A stretch of 62,329 nt of DNA, the filler included. It is 9 parts of 9 records of this genome, joined end to end, with 100 filler letters (N's around TTAATTAATTAA, not from the genome) between each part and the next. Parts side by side here need not be neighbours in the genome. Positions count along the whole stretch, not along the records: positions 50,594 to 55,601 come from SRR31147125_35702; positions 55,702 to 62,329 come from SRR31147125_35715; 7 more parts are not named here. One strand, given 5' to 3'. Positions 50,751 through 61,702 of the stretch are shown piece after piece. The translations under genes were made by a program, and so were the position numbers. The notes under the pieces were generated by a model. It made no database searches, was not told the origin of the DNA, and was given only the letters and a program-made list of their open reading frames with translations. Numbering within the stretch: position 1 is the stretch's first letter; the number at the start of each line of letters is the position of its first letter.

Positions 50751-51345
50751 GATATCACGAATGGTATTATGATATATTCACAAATTAACATTCGTACATT
50801 AAACCAGTTTGATTATCGATCGTTTGCAGTTTATAAAGTTATTTATGTTTATGGACTATTTTTAATCCAAGTCCATAGACAGTAATCCACATTTACTACA
50901 ATCTTGTTCTAAATATATTTGCACTGCAAAACAACTTTGAGCACGCCAGAAGCCGAATCCATGAAATATAACAAGTCGTAAAGAGATGCTATTTTTATAT
51001 CCTTTTTACACTTTTTATAAGACCAGGGAAAAGAGCTTTTTCCGGCCCAAAGTACTTACTTTTTAATTAATTATTTAATTGTATAAAAACAAAGAGTGAA
51101 TTTCAAGGGAATTATTTGAGGGTAAAAAACAGGTGACTTTGAAATGGGAATATTATATAACTGCTAGCAATTCAAATTTAATACTAAAAAGGCCTTGTTC
51201 ATCCTGAATCCTGTCCTGTTCCTTATTGAGGACATAGTATAGTTTATAAAATTCAGATAATAAACTATAATGACTTTTGTAAAATAAAAATTTAACTTCA
51301 ATAGGCCAGGAACCAGACTCATGGGTGCGGAGACATTGCTGTCGT

Positions 51346-52150
51346 TTACACCTCCAGCGCAGTATGTTCAAAGACCTTATCGGTTAATTCGATGGTATAA
51401 ATAATAACCTGCTCCCCTTCTGGTTTGGTTTTACAAACCCAATCCCCCTGAGGATTAATCACTCCTGAAGGAGCGGAACATGGAATATCCATTGGAAAAC
51501 AGTTGTCAACTGTGACAATCCAGAGTCCTCCGGCACGGGCGCGCATCCTGAGATTTGATTCGTGGTATTGCCAGGCAAGTTGAGACTTTTCACTGCCATT
51601 CCGGCCACCATTAACGGCATGAAAGACAATTCGGGCACCCATTAAAGCCAGCTGCTGACTGAGGTGAGGATCTGGAACGGGTGTGCATTCGGGATTTGCC
51701 CACAGATCATTGCAGATCAATCCCCCGAAAACACATTTTTTATTCCAGTTGAAAACACGAAGGGGAGAAATAGTATAATGCTCGATTTCACCTTTTGGCG
51801 GTGTTTCCAGACTGCCGCATGTGAGGGTCTTTGCTGTGAAATCCGAGATATTCACCATCGGTCTGGTAGAATCGAATCTGGTTATAACATTTGTTGTCAT
51901 CTTCAACAAAACAGGTACCAAGCGCCAATCCCAGTTTTTTACCCCGAGCAAAAGTAACGACCTTTTTTAATGCCTGTTTAACAGCTGAGGCATCAAATTC
52001 ATGCGTATAACCACTTAGAGAACCTTCAGGAGTGAGCAAAATCTCTGCGTCCATGGCAGCAGCGCGTTCGATGGCCTGACAAATCGCCTCTGTATTATCC
52101 CGGATATTAAACGTCACAGGCATTTGCGCGCCTGCTACACGAATCTTCAT
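51346..52150 (-). CDS. Carbon-nitrogen hydrolase (nitrilase superfamily); frameshift near 51830
   Basis: VAGAQM, TPEGSLSGY (Glu), HSK (Lys), LICNDLW (Cys), PSGVINPQG. Confidence 0.85.
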
Positions 52151-52335
52151 ACTATATTCTTATTCTCAAATACATGAACGAATTTTATTTTAACAAATTG
52201 GAAAATCTTTGAGTGAAACACATCTTTTTCATAACAATAATGTAAAGAAAGAGTATTTTACCAGGTTGGAAATGATGACATTTTTCAATTTTTACCAGCC
52301 CTCAAAAATTGAAATATCTCTTATAAATATAACAT

Positions 52336-52935
52336 TTAATTGGGCATTTTCACAAATAAAAATTCATGTTCTTCATTAAAAACGTTATTATCATGTCCAT
52401 ATGTGGCTAAAAAGTCTGTCCATATTTCGGATTTTACAGTATAAAGTCCAACATTATCGTGCTCACCTTGTTTTGGCTCTAAATATGACAAATTGATTTT
52501 TTTATCTTTTATCAACTCCCCGATCTTTTCCATATTTAAAGGTATTAATTTTAAAGACTTGTCCTCCAACTTTACTTTTAAAACAGTATGAACCGGATAG
52601 ACTAACAGATTTGCATATTTATTTAAATCACAGGAATCCCCTGGCGCAAAGTCCGCAAAATAAAAATCATTTATCTTGAAATAAACGACCTTGACTTTTG
52701 ATAAAATGTCTTTTTCATCACAGGTTTCGACCATATCTTCCGTAAATTCCCAATAACGCCCATCTTTTTCATTTACAGCTTCTCCGACATCTTTTACTAA
52801 TTTCCATTTTCCCTGGATTTCCGGCAGGTCTACAATATTCTCATCCAGATAAAACGGATAAAAGGAGAACACAATACATCCATTAAATTGTGTTAAAAAA
52901 ACTGTCAAACAAGCTACCAGAATTGACCTTTTCAT
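52336..52935 (-). CDS. Hypothetical lipoprotein
   Basis: AGGAGG RBS; MKRSILVACLTVFLTQFNGC lipobox-like signal. Confidence 0.7.
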   Translation of the reverse strand: MKRSILVACLTVFLTQFNGCIVFSFYPFYLDENIVDLPEIQGKWKLVKDVGEAVNEKDGRYWEFTEDMVETCDEKDILSKVKVVYFKINDFYFADFAPGDSCDLNKYANLLVYPVHTVLKVKLEDKSLKLIPLNMEKIGELIKDKKINLSYLEPKQGEHDNVGLYTVKSEIWTDFLATYGHDNNVFNEEHEFLFVKMPN

Positions 52936-53009
52936 ATGAATTCCTCCTTTTATTATAATAGTGGAAATCCAATTTGCAAACAAGTAACGAAACTTTAATA
53001 ACAATTATA

Positions 53010-54458
53010 TCAGGTATTTTCCATATTCTTTTCCAGATCTAACGGTAGAATAACGGTAAATGTGCTCCCCTGATTGACTTCACTTTCCACCTTTAAATCA
53101 CCATGGTGCTTTTGCACTATGTTGTAGCTGGTAAAGAGTCCCAGTCTTGCCTTTACCCGCGATCCGTCTTTGGAAAACACTGGATCGAATAGTCCTTCAA
53201 ATCTGTCATGCGAAATGCCAATACCCGTATCCTGAATCTCAATATAAACCTTTTCATTCTCAGTAAATGTATGGATTGTGATAATACCCTTTTCTTTTAT
53301 CGCATGTGCTGCATTTGTTAGCAGGTTCATGAACACCTGATTTAATTCACCAGGAAAGCAGCGTATGTCCGGAATATCTCCATATTCTTTTTTTATACTT
53401 GTACCAGCCTTTATTTCATGCTGAATTAATGTCAGGGTGTCATCGATTCCCTTGTGAATATCCACTTTGTCAAATCCGGCTTTGTCCAGTCTGGCAAAAT
53501 GAATAAAGCTGTTCACCGTATTCGCAACACGATCACTTACCGTTGCAACAACCTGACTGTTGTCCTTGAGAATATGAAAAAAATTCTGCAAGGTGGCGTC
53601 ATTCTTAACATCCGAGCTTTTTTCACGTTCTGATAAAAACTGCTCTATTTTATCTACACACCGTGTTGATGTACCTGCTGTACTTTTTAATGCTCCAATA
53701 GGATTGTTTATCTCATGAGCCAAACCGGCAGCAAGTTTACCAAGCGCCGCCATTTTTTCTGACTGGACCAGTTCTGACTGGGTTTGTTTTAGTTCAAAAA
53801 GAGTTTTCTCAAGCTCATTGTTTGTAGTCGTTAACTTAATAACCAGGTTTTCAGCCCTGGTTTGTGCTTTTTGAAATGCATTAACAAAATACAGCATGGT
53901 AAAAAAAATGGTGATTGATAACCAGATGATATTGATGCCATGCGATATCATCAGATCACTATGAGTCGTTGGGCTTGAATATTGCGCAAAGGTGTTATCA
54001 GAAATTAAAGACAAAAGTACCAGAGACAGGTAAGCAAGGAACCACCACATGGCTTTTCGGACATCCTGAAACATGAGTGAGCCAAAAGGAGCCAATAGCG
54101 ACCAAAAGATGATATTAATGGATCCGGGTGCAGAAAAGCCACCGACGCTGGCCTGAAATAGAACCGGTATAAAGAGGATCATAAACAGAAAAGGAAACAA
54201 GAGCAGATAAAAGCGTTTCGTGACAAAAAATAAAACAAGTGCTGTACCGACAAAAAAAGTAAAGGTGGACGGTATTAACACATAAATGTCGAGGCCGGAG
54301 GCGCGCCAGGAATTTAAAGCGCTTACTACTCCACAGAGGCAGGATAAAATGGCAATCACAACCAATGTGACTTTGCGCCGCCGCTCCCCATGGGAATCTG
54401 TCTCTAACGTACTTTTTCTTTCGAGAAGATTCCATAAATGGTTATAATAACGTTTCAT
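53010..54458 (-). CDS. Membrane-bound sensor histidine kinase
   Basis: About six TM helices; SEKMAALGKLAAGLAHEINNP, QVFMNLLTNA, DTGIG. Confidence 0.9.
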   Translation of the reverse strand: MKRYYNHLWNLLERKSTLETDSHGERRRKVTLVVIAILSCLCGVVSALNSWRASGLDIYVLIPSTFTFFVGTALVLFFVTKRFYLLLFPFLFMILFIPVLFQASVGGFSAPGSINIIFWSLLAPFGSLMFQDVRKAMWWFLAYLSLVLLSLISDNTFAQYSSPTTHSDLMISHGINIIWLSITIFFTMLYFVNAFQKAQTRAENLVIKLTTTNNELEKTLFELKQTQSELVQSEKMAALGKLAAGLAHEINNPIGALKSTAGTSTRCVDKIEQFLSEREKSSDVKNDATLQNFFHILKDNSQVVATVSDRVANTVNSFIHFARLDKAGFDKVDIHKGIDDTLTLIQHEIKAGTSIKKEYGDIPDIRCFPGELNQVFMNLLTNAAHAIKEKGIITIHTFTENEKVYIEIQDTGIGISHDRFEGLFDPVFSKDGSRVKARLGLFTSYNIVQKHHGDLKVESEVNQGSTFTVILPLDLEKNMENT

Positions 54459-54683
54459 TTGAAATCTCTCAACTTTTCTCTGTTTATTAATGTGGAACAA
54501 GAGGTGGGATTGGGATATTCAGCATAGTTGGTAATTTAGCGGGATGAGGATTTTGGGATGAACAATCAGATCCTCAATACTCGGGATTCATTTTTTTCTT
54601 TATTTAAAGGATTGACTAAACCCAAAGCTTTAATATATAGTCGTCATCCTAATATCCAACTTTTCTGGAGGTAATAATAAAAA

Positions 54684-55249
54684 TTACTCTCTCCAATTTG
54701 TCCGAATAGCATGTAGAACAGCACCTTTACAATCTTTCGGAGTTAAAATACGATTAAGATTAATATGGTCCATCTCATGCATGGTCCTGCCGTTATATGT
54801 TATTAAAAGTCCGTGTAATAATGGATCCTTAAGCTGTGGCTGCATTAATGTCCCCTCAATCAACATCTCAGTTACAGCCGAACCATGCGATCCCTGAAAA
54901 TGCTTTTTTAAGGCGATCAATTGCGGATCTATCATATCTACAAATCCCAAACGAAAGACTTTATTCGGGAAAGAGATTTTCTTAATTTTCATTAGTTTAA
55001 AATTTATTGTATCTGAGCTAAAATAATCATAATTATTAAGCACAACGAGCATACTATCAATAACATTCGTAATTTTTGTATCAGCAGGAAGATTTAATTG
55101 CACAGCCCCACTCAAAGGGCGTTCATCAGATGGGTAGAATTTAAAAATTTTAACATCGCCGATGGTTAAATCTTTTACTTTTTTGTGATTTTGTGCATGG
55201 GCAGTGATAAAAAAAGAATAATGGTTATAGAAATAATTGCCCGTTTCAT
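54684..55249 (-). CDS. Secreted hypothetical protein; frameshift within the signal peptide
   Basis: MKRAIISITIILF joins FITAHAQNH across a T-run; body corresponds to ORF 54684-55283. Confidence 0.6.
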
Positions 55250-55332
55250 TCGTATAATTCCATTTTAAATTTGACAATTTCACATTTGTATATTTGTCGA
55301 ATATTTGGAATATTTATTTGATTAAATATATC

Positions 55333-55431
55333 TTGACAATTTCAAAAAAATTAGTAACTAAAATTGTCTCATCTGCCAATGGAGGCAGAAGGAGCTCTAA
55401 AGCCGCTAATATTTTAGCGGCTTTTGCATTT
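55333..55431 (+). ncRNA. Candidate small RNA (promoter-hairpin-terminator)
   Basis: TTGACA at 55333; TCTGCC-AATGGA-GGCAGA; AAAGCCGCTAA-TATT-TTAGCGGCTTTT; no substantial ORF. Confidence 0.4.
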
Positions 55432-55560
55432 ACAAACGATTTTTATAACGACCGCATATCCTTTCAGTGAGCACGGAATTGATTTGATCGATAATTCTTA
55501 ACTCATCCATAATCATTTCCACCTTGCAATCGAGGCACCATTTTAGGTAAGGTCCCCACC

Positions 55561-55592
55561 CTGGATTCCCGATAGGAACGCTCGGGAATGAC
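55561..55592 (-). repeat. ATTCCC-Nn-GGGAAT palindromic repeat (dRS3/REP-like)
   Basis: Reverse complement GTCATTCCCGAGCGTTCCTATCGGGAATCCAG at a contig end. Confidence 0.65.
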
Positions 55593-55858
55593 AAGCTTTT
55601 TNNNNNNNNNNNNNNNNNNNNNNNNNNNNNNNNNNNNNNNNNNNNTTAATTAATTAANNNNNNNNNNNNNNNNNNNNNNNNNNNNNNNNNNNNNNNNNNN
55701 NAAAAAACCGGATGCCGCCGGTGGGTATATTAAGTTTGACACCCCAAACAATATTGCGTATGAATATCAGATTTAACACCCCCTTGGGGTGAAAGGGCAC
55801 CGGCTGCCGGGATTTAGAAAAAACATGAGGGAGACATAGGCTGGCAAAAGGGACAAAA

Positions 55859-56803
55859 ATGAATCTTGGAAAAAATGGAAAGGCCGGACAGGACCGGCCG
55901 CCACTGTACAGGATGATGGCCCTTTCTTCGGGCATAAGGGCGGAACTGATGCATTACAGCCTCGGGGACACCATTGTTTCAAAGCTTGAGACCCCGAAAC
56001 CGGTATTCGGGTTCGGTTTTTGTATCAGCGGATTCACCCGGAGCCGGATCTCATGTTTCAAAAATGAGCTTGAAATACGGGGCGGGCAAAGCGCGGTCTA
56101 TTATTTCCCTGAAATCAAGGTATGGTCCCAGACCTCGTCACAAGAGGCGGTCTGGCGCATGTCCGTGAGTATCCCCGATCATATCCTTAGGGAAATGATC
56201 GCCTCGGATACGGGTGCATTTCCCTTGTGCGTGCGCCAGGTGGCCTCAGGAAAATCTGTCGACCCGTTCAGAATAACGGGCAGGATAAGTTCCCGGATGC
56301 GGCAGCTCATGATGCAGATTCTTCATTGCCCCTACAAGGGGGTGGCGGCCGCCTATTTTAACGAAGCCAAGGTCATGGAACTCATTGCATGCAAACTGGA
56401 TGAACTTGCCGCCGCCTCCCGCCAAAAACCACCCCGGGGCATATCATCCCTGAAACAGGCGGATGTGGACCGTCTCCACTTTGCAAAGGAGCTATTGACC
56501 GCCAGAATGGAAGATCCGCCTGAACTATCGGAACTGGCCAGGCGTGTGGGCATTTCAAGGACCAAGCTGATCAATGGATTCGGGTATATTTTCGGAACCA
56601 CCCCTGCTGCATATTTAAGGGATATGCGGCTTAAGCGGGCAAAACAGCTTCTCCTTCAGAAGGAAAACAATCTCACAGAGATTGCCTTGATGGTGGGATA
56701 CGCCAGTTCCAGCCATTTTTCCAAGGTCTTCAGCGCCTATTACGGTGTCCCGCCCAGCAAGTATGCCGGGCTGCGCCGCAGCGACACCGGCTGTGCCTGC
56801 TAA
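55859..56803 (+). CDS. AraC-family regulator (PchR/YbtA-like)
   Basis: EAKVMELI, DPPELSELARRVG, F...FGTTP, VGYASSSHFSKVF..YG..PS. Confidence 0.9.
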   Translation: MNLGKNGKAGQDRPPLYRMMALSSGIRAELMHYSLGDTIVSKLETPKPVFGFGFCISGFTRSRISCFKNELEIRGGQSAVYYFPEIKVWSQTSSQEAVWRMSVSIPDHILREMIASDTGAFPLCVRQVASGKSVDPFRITGRISSRMRQLMMQILHCPYKGVAAAYFNEAKVMELIACKLDELAAASRQKPPRGISSLKQADVDRLHFAKELLTARMEDPPELSELARRVGISRTKLINGFGYIFGTTPAAYLRDMRLKRAKQLLLQKENNLTEIALMVGYASSSHFSKVFSAYYGVPPSKYAGLRRSDTGCAC

Positions 56804-56983
56804 TCCCCCCAAAAAAACCGCCACCATTCCCATTCACCGCCTCAGCAAAATGTACTTTTCCGCTAATCAGACGTACCCAGATGAAAGCCCATGTGTCCGG
56901 GCTCTGGTATGCTGGTACAATTTCAGGGAGATAAAACAACTCCTGGTTGACCTACAAAATTATGACAAAAGGAAAAATTTTAG

Positions 56984-59083
56984 ATGAAACCCATGACAAA
57001 AAAAACGGCGGTATGGCTGGTTCTTGTCCTCATGCTGACAGGGCCCCGGGTATGGGCCCGGGCCATCCAGGACATGGAAGTTACGACCATTACAGTGACA
57101 GCGGAAAAAAAACAGGCAGATGAGCAAAAGGTGCCCATGAGCATGAATGCTTTTGGTGCCATGGACCTTGAAGATGCCGGTGTGGAAAGCACCCCCGAGA
57201 TTGCCCGGTTTATCCCCAATGTTTATTTCAAGGAAGCCACCATGGAAAACATCATTGTGGTCAGGGGGGTCTCTTCCGTGGACGGGGCGACCGTGGGACC
57301 GGTGGGAGTCTATATAGATGATATCAATTATCCCCTTCAATTCATGCATCATATCGGATTTATGGATGTGGAAAGGGTCGAACTGCTCCGGGGTCCCCAG
57401 GGCACCCTGTACGGAAGAAATACGGAATCCGGTGTGTTGAACATTGTGACCCGGCAGCCCGGAAATCATTTTCAAGGACGCATAAAAGGCAGTTACAGCT
57501 TTTATGACACCTCCCATGGAATGATCCCCCGATACCAGGCCAGTGCCGGCCTTGATCTGCCCCTGGTAAAAGATAAATTTTTTCTGGGAATTAACGGCCA
57601 GGGAATCAAAAGCGACGGATTTATGAAAAATACCCGGTCCGGGAAAGAAGATGCCGCCCAGATAAAGAGAAACAGTTTCAGGACAAATGCACGATGGCTG
57701 GCCTCTGACAGACTTGAAATCTCATTCATTGCGGATGCATCGGATTATGATGACGGCCAGGGCCTTTACAGGATTTTCACCAGCCGAAACGGACTGAAAA
57801 ACGACAATCACACGGAAAACAGGGGGTTTTATGAATCAACACTTGACCAGAAAAGCTCGGGCCAGGTCTTAAAGGGAAAATACCTGGGAAATGCATTTGA
57901 TTTGGTCTCCATCACAGGACGACGGAATTATGAACAAAATTCCCTTCTCGGTTCCGGGGTGGGGCTTTCGGACTACGGCAAAAACATCTGGAACTTTGAT
58001 GATCAATTCCTGAGCCAGGAATTCCGTTTCTCCTCAAAGGAGAATTCCGGCCCCCTTGAATGGCTGGTGGGGGCCTACGGATTTACAGAGGATACGGATA
58101 TCCATTTTTCCAAATTTGACGGCCTCCAGACCAGGGATACCCGGGTGGATAAAAAAGGGGCGGCCGTATTCTTCAACACCACCTATACCTTTTTAAACCG
58201 GCTCCGCCTGACAGGGGGATTAAGATATGACATCATCCGCCTTGAAGGCAGCCAGGACCTTAAGGGGTCGGACTGGAGCGGCAATGATATTTCCAATAGG
58301 TACACAAGGGATCTTGATTTTAATGAATGGCTGCCCAAGGTGGTCCTTGCCTATGATATGACCGAAGATGCCATGGTCTACACATCGGCGGCCAAAGGCT
58401 ATCTGGAAGGCGGGTATAATTACGCCCAGGCAAAGGACGGACAAAGTTTTGTCTATGACCCCGAATATACCTGGAATTATGAAATCGGCCTTAAGACAAG
58501 CTGGTTGAATAAACGGCTCATCGCCAATGCATCCCTCTATTATATTACCATGGTCGACAAGCAGGTTTCCGAGTATACGGCCGGGGGGGCTGTGGCCGCC
58601 ATTTCAAATGCCGCAGAAGCCCACTCAAAGGGAATAGAGCTTGAACTCAAGGCCAGGCCTGCCCGGGGGCTGGATCTGTTTGCCACCCTGGGTTATATGG
58701 ATACCGAAATCGACCAATGGGAAGCCGGTTCTTCCGACTTTTCAGGAAACAAAATGCCCAACACCCCTGAATATACCTATAGTTTGGGCGCCCAATACCG
58801 CCATGAGACCGGATTTTTCTGCAGGGCGGATATCCTCGGCACCGGTGAAATGTACGGCAATGTTCAAAACAGCCGTCATGTCAGACTGGATGACTACTAT
58901 CTGGTTAATCTCCGCCTGGGATATGAGTCGGAAAATTATGATCTGGTGATCTGGTGCAAAAATGCATTTGATGAACCCTATTTTACCTCTGCCTTTGATT
59001 ACGGGTCTCCCTCAGAAGCCATCGGCGTGGCCCAGAACGGTGAACCCAGAGCCATCGGACTGACCTTCACCCTGAGGTTTTAG
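56984..59083 (+). CDS. TonB-dependent receptor (FyuA-like)
   Basis: TonB box TITVTAEK, VERVELLRGPQGTLYGRN, NYEIGLK, C-terminal F. Confidence 0.92.
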   Translation: MKPMTKKTAVWLVLVLMLTGPRVWARAIQDMEVTTITVTAEKKQADEQKVPMSMNAFGAMDLEDAGVESTPEIARFIPNVYFKEATMENIIVVRGVSSVDGATVGPVGVYIDDINYPLQFMHHIGFMDVERVELLRGPQGTLYGRNTESGVLNIVTRQPGNHFQGRIKGSYSFYDTSHGMIPRYQASAGLDLPLVKDKFFLGINGQGIKSDGFMKNTRSGKEDAAQIKRNSFRTNARWLASDRLEISFIADASDYDDGQGLYRIFTSRNGLKNDNHTENRGFYESTLDQKSSGQVLKGKYLGNAFDLVSITGRRNYEQNSLLGSGVGLSDYGKNIWNFDDQFLSQEFRFSSKENSGPLEWLVGAYGFTEDTDIHFSKFDGLQTRDTRVDKKGAAVFFNTTYTFLNRLRLTGGLRYDIIRLEGSQDLKGSDWSGNDISNRYTRDLDFNEWLPKVVLAYDMTEDAMVYTSAAKGYLEGGYNYAQAKDGQSFVYDPEYTWNYEIGLKTSWLNKRLIANASLYYITMVDKQVSEYTAGGAVAAISNAAEAHSKGIELELKARPARGLDLFATLGYMDTEIDQWEAGSSDFSGNKMPNTPEYTYSLGAQYRHETGFFCRADILGTGEMYGNVQNSRHVRLDDYYLVNLRLGYESENYDLVIWCKNAFDEPYFTSAFDYGSPSEAIGVAQNGEPRAIGLTFTLRF

Positions 59084-59300
59084 CCCGGCCGCCCCCCCCG
59101 GCAGGAGGGGCGAACCGACACTTACGCGTCATCGGCCGGTGACGGGACCAAAATCCTCCCCGGATTTCAGCCCGCCACCGGCCTGAACCTATGATGCGGG
59201 CAGCAACCATTAACCCCACATTCTTTGTATTGCCTTTAAAAGTTTTTAAAAATGAATTATTCTGTGTCTATATCTTTACACGCAGATAAAGAGGTGAACC

Positions 59301-59834
59301 ATGATGATAAATTTTTTAAAAACAGGGCTGGCAATGGCCGGCCTGATTCTCCTTACCGGCTGTGCCGGGGTGATTTCCGATCCCGTGGTCCAGCAGGTGA
59401 ACCGCCAGGCCCAGCTTTCGACTGTCCTGGAAGACCCCTCTGCCTATGAGGGTGAGATGGTCCTATGGTCCGGCCGGATTGTCCGCACCGAACCCCTCAA
59501 GGAAGGCGCCCTCATCGAGGTCCTCCAGACCCCGGCGGGTTTCAACCGCAGGCCCCCGCAGTCAGATGTGACTGAAGGGCGGTTTCTGGCCCTCAACCCG
59601 GAATTCCTGGACCCGGCCGTATACGAGGAAGGCAGGGAGATCACCGTTGCCGGACGGATCAGGGAAATCCGTACCCGCCCCCTGGGGGAAATCGACTACA
59701 CATACCCCCTGGTGGATGTGGAAGAACTCCACCTATGGCCCCTGCGGCCAGGAGAAGTCTACCTTAGGGACGCGGACCTGCATTACCGCCCGCCCTACCG
59801 CTATTGGGGCTGTCCCGGGTATTGGTGCTGGTAG
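59301..59834 (+). CDS. Slp-family outer-membrane lipoprotein
   Basis: Lipobox LTGC; W.G.I, IEVLQ.P, GRFLA..FLDP.VY..GREITVAG, Y.YP.V. Confidence 0.88.
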   Translation: MMINFLKTGLAMAGLILLTGCAGVISDPVVQQVNRQAQLSTVLEDPSAYEGEMVLWSGRIVRTEPLKEGALIEVLQTPAGFNRRPPQSDVTEGRFLALNPEFLDPAVYEEGREITVAGRIREIRTRPLGEIDYTYPLVDVEELHLWPLRPGEVYLRDADLHYRPPYRYWGCPGYWCW

Positions 59835-60052
59835 CCCCGGCTCTCCCCGGATAAAACCATTCAATCGAGGGGTGCCCCCCTATAAAGGGCCGGAGGAGAA
59901 CGCCGGCCCTTATTATATTTCTCATAAATCATTGGAATTATGGCCTTATCCATACTATGATATGGAATCGTCAAAAATCGATTCTTTCCCTGATACCTGA
60001 AAACAATTCATTGCCGGCTGCTAACCATAACCCCTGAACTGACAGGAGGATA

Positions 60053-61702
60053 GTGATGCCAAAAGAGCTTACCACAGGCAAATTCAGCATTTCAAATGAC
60101 AGGAATCCCGGGGTCCGGGAGTATAAGTACCGGCTGAAGTGGCAGGGCCCTGTTCTTGAATATGATCACCGGATCCGCTCCTATGCCAAAGAAATCGATC
60201 TGACCAAGGTGGTAAAAATACGAATCAAAACCAATACCGATCCCCGTTTGAATTTCCCCAGGCTGCTGCGGCTCAAAACCGGGGATTTCAGTTTCAGGGT
60301 CTCTCCCGATTCTTGTTTTAATATCTATCTTGATGAAGATGAATTTGCCAATTTTTATTATTGGGTCATGGTGTCGGTAATTAAAAATTCCCGGTATGAA
60401 CTGACCCAGGAAGATCTCACCGGTATCCCGGTATCCTCTCCCCGCAGGGGCAAGCTCCAGTCCAGGTACGCGTTGAAACAATTTGACGCCGCCCATGATA
60501 TTTTTGTAAATGCCCACGAGGCCTGGGCCCAGGATAAATCTTCGCCCCCCGGCTCCCCTAAGCGGCTGGGACCCAGGGGCCTGGACCCGGGAATAGCCTA
60601 TGCCGGGGAAGAGGGGGTCATGGTGACAGAAGTGGGAGAAAGACTCGCCACAGGCAAAGCGGGGACCTTTCTTTACCACGCCACCCGGCTCTGCAGAGAA
60701 TTGCGCCAGGCCCTGATCCGGGGGCAGCCCCGCCGGCCCGGACTGCAGACCCGGCCCTGTGTATTAAAGGTGTCCAAAACATCGGAACTGGGGATATGGA
60801 ATCCCGGTGCAGACCTGGTCATTGCAGAGGCCAGAAACCTCAAAGCCATCGGCAGGCACCCCAATATCATGCAGCTCCTTGATGTAAAGGCCTCCGAAGG
60901 AAGTATCGCACTCTTTTTTGAAAAAGGACTTCAAAATCTGAGGGAGCGGACCCGCGAAGGCCCCAAGCTTGCGCCCAAAGAGATCGTCGCCTTTACCAGG
61001 GATTTATTCATGGGCATGGGGCATATGCACAGCCGCCGGGTCTACCATCTCGACTTTAAGCCGGAAAATGCCCTTTTCTTTGTATCAAAAGAGACCCCCG
61101 GCAGAAGACGGATCTTAAAAGTCATTGATTTTGATCTCTCCCGGTCCAGGCTCATCTATCCGGGCAAGTCTGTTTATGAGGCCGGCGACGGCTGGCACAT
61201 GATAGGAACCCCCACATACATTCCCCCGGAATCCTGGCACCCCAGGCTATGCCAACAGAGCAATGCCCTGGGGGAATGGCTGGTATCCTGGAAAGGGCTG
61301 AAACCCGGACAGGAAATTCCCTTTAAGGGGATCCATCTGGAAAAACGGGACAGCTTTGCCCTGGGTATGACCATTCTGGATTCCCTTATCGGCCCCCGGT
61401 ACGACCTGGCCTGTGGTATGACTGCAGACCGGGTATCGGAAACGCCCCAAAAATGCGTCAGCCGGATCAGGTTCTGGCAGGACCAGATGAAAGCCGAGGC
61501 CAGCCGGCCGGCCCTGGAAAGGGACAATTTATGGCCCATTGCCCGGACGGCACTGGGGATGATCGCAATGGACCTGGCAGAAAGAACCTCTGTGATGCGT
61601 GCCTTTTTCCAGCTCTTTCCCCAAACCTTCCGGAGACAGTTCGGGACCTGGGATTTCAAGGACGGTCTGCCGGATTCCCCCTGGGTGTCCCGTCAGGCCT
61701 AA
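60053..61702 (+). CDS. Hanks-type Ser/Thr protein kinase with a PH-like N-terminal domain
   Basis: AGGAGG RBS; LATGKAG, VLKV, EARNL...HPNIMQL, YHLDFKPEN, KVIDFDLS, GTPTYIPPE, DSFALG. Confidence 0.8.
   Translation: MMPKELTTGKFSISNDRNPGVREYKYRLKWQGPVLEYDHRIRSYAKEIDLTKVVKIRIKTNTDPRLNFPRLLRLKTGDFSFRVSPDSCFNIYLDEDEFANFYYWVMVSVIKNSRYELTQEDLTGIPVSSPRRGKLQSRYALKQFDAAHDIFVNAHEAWAQDKSSPPGSPKRLGPRGLDPGIAYAGEEGVMVTEVGERLATGKAGTFLYHATRLCRELRQALIRGQPRRPGLQTRPCVLKVSKTSELGIWNPGADLVIAEARNLKAIGRHPNIMQLLDVKASEGSIALFFEKGLQNLRERTREGPKLAPKEIVAFTRDLFMGMGHMHSRRVYHLDFKPENALFFVSKETPGRRRILKVIDFDLSRSRLIYPGKSVYEAGDGWHMIGTPTYIPPESWHPRLCQQSNALGEWLVSWKGLKPGQEIPFKGIHLEKRDSFALGMTILDSLIGPRYDLACGMTADRVSETPQKCVSRIRFWQDQMKAEASRPALERDNLWPIARTALGMIAMDLAERTSVMRAFFQLFPQTFRRQFGTWDFKDGLPDSPWVSRQA

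Noticed and set aside
50861-51000. Cys-containing RiPP precursor upstream of the radical SAM fragment
   Set aside because: The minus-strand frame has no credible start codon or RBS
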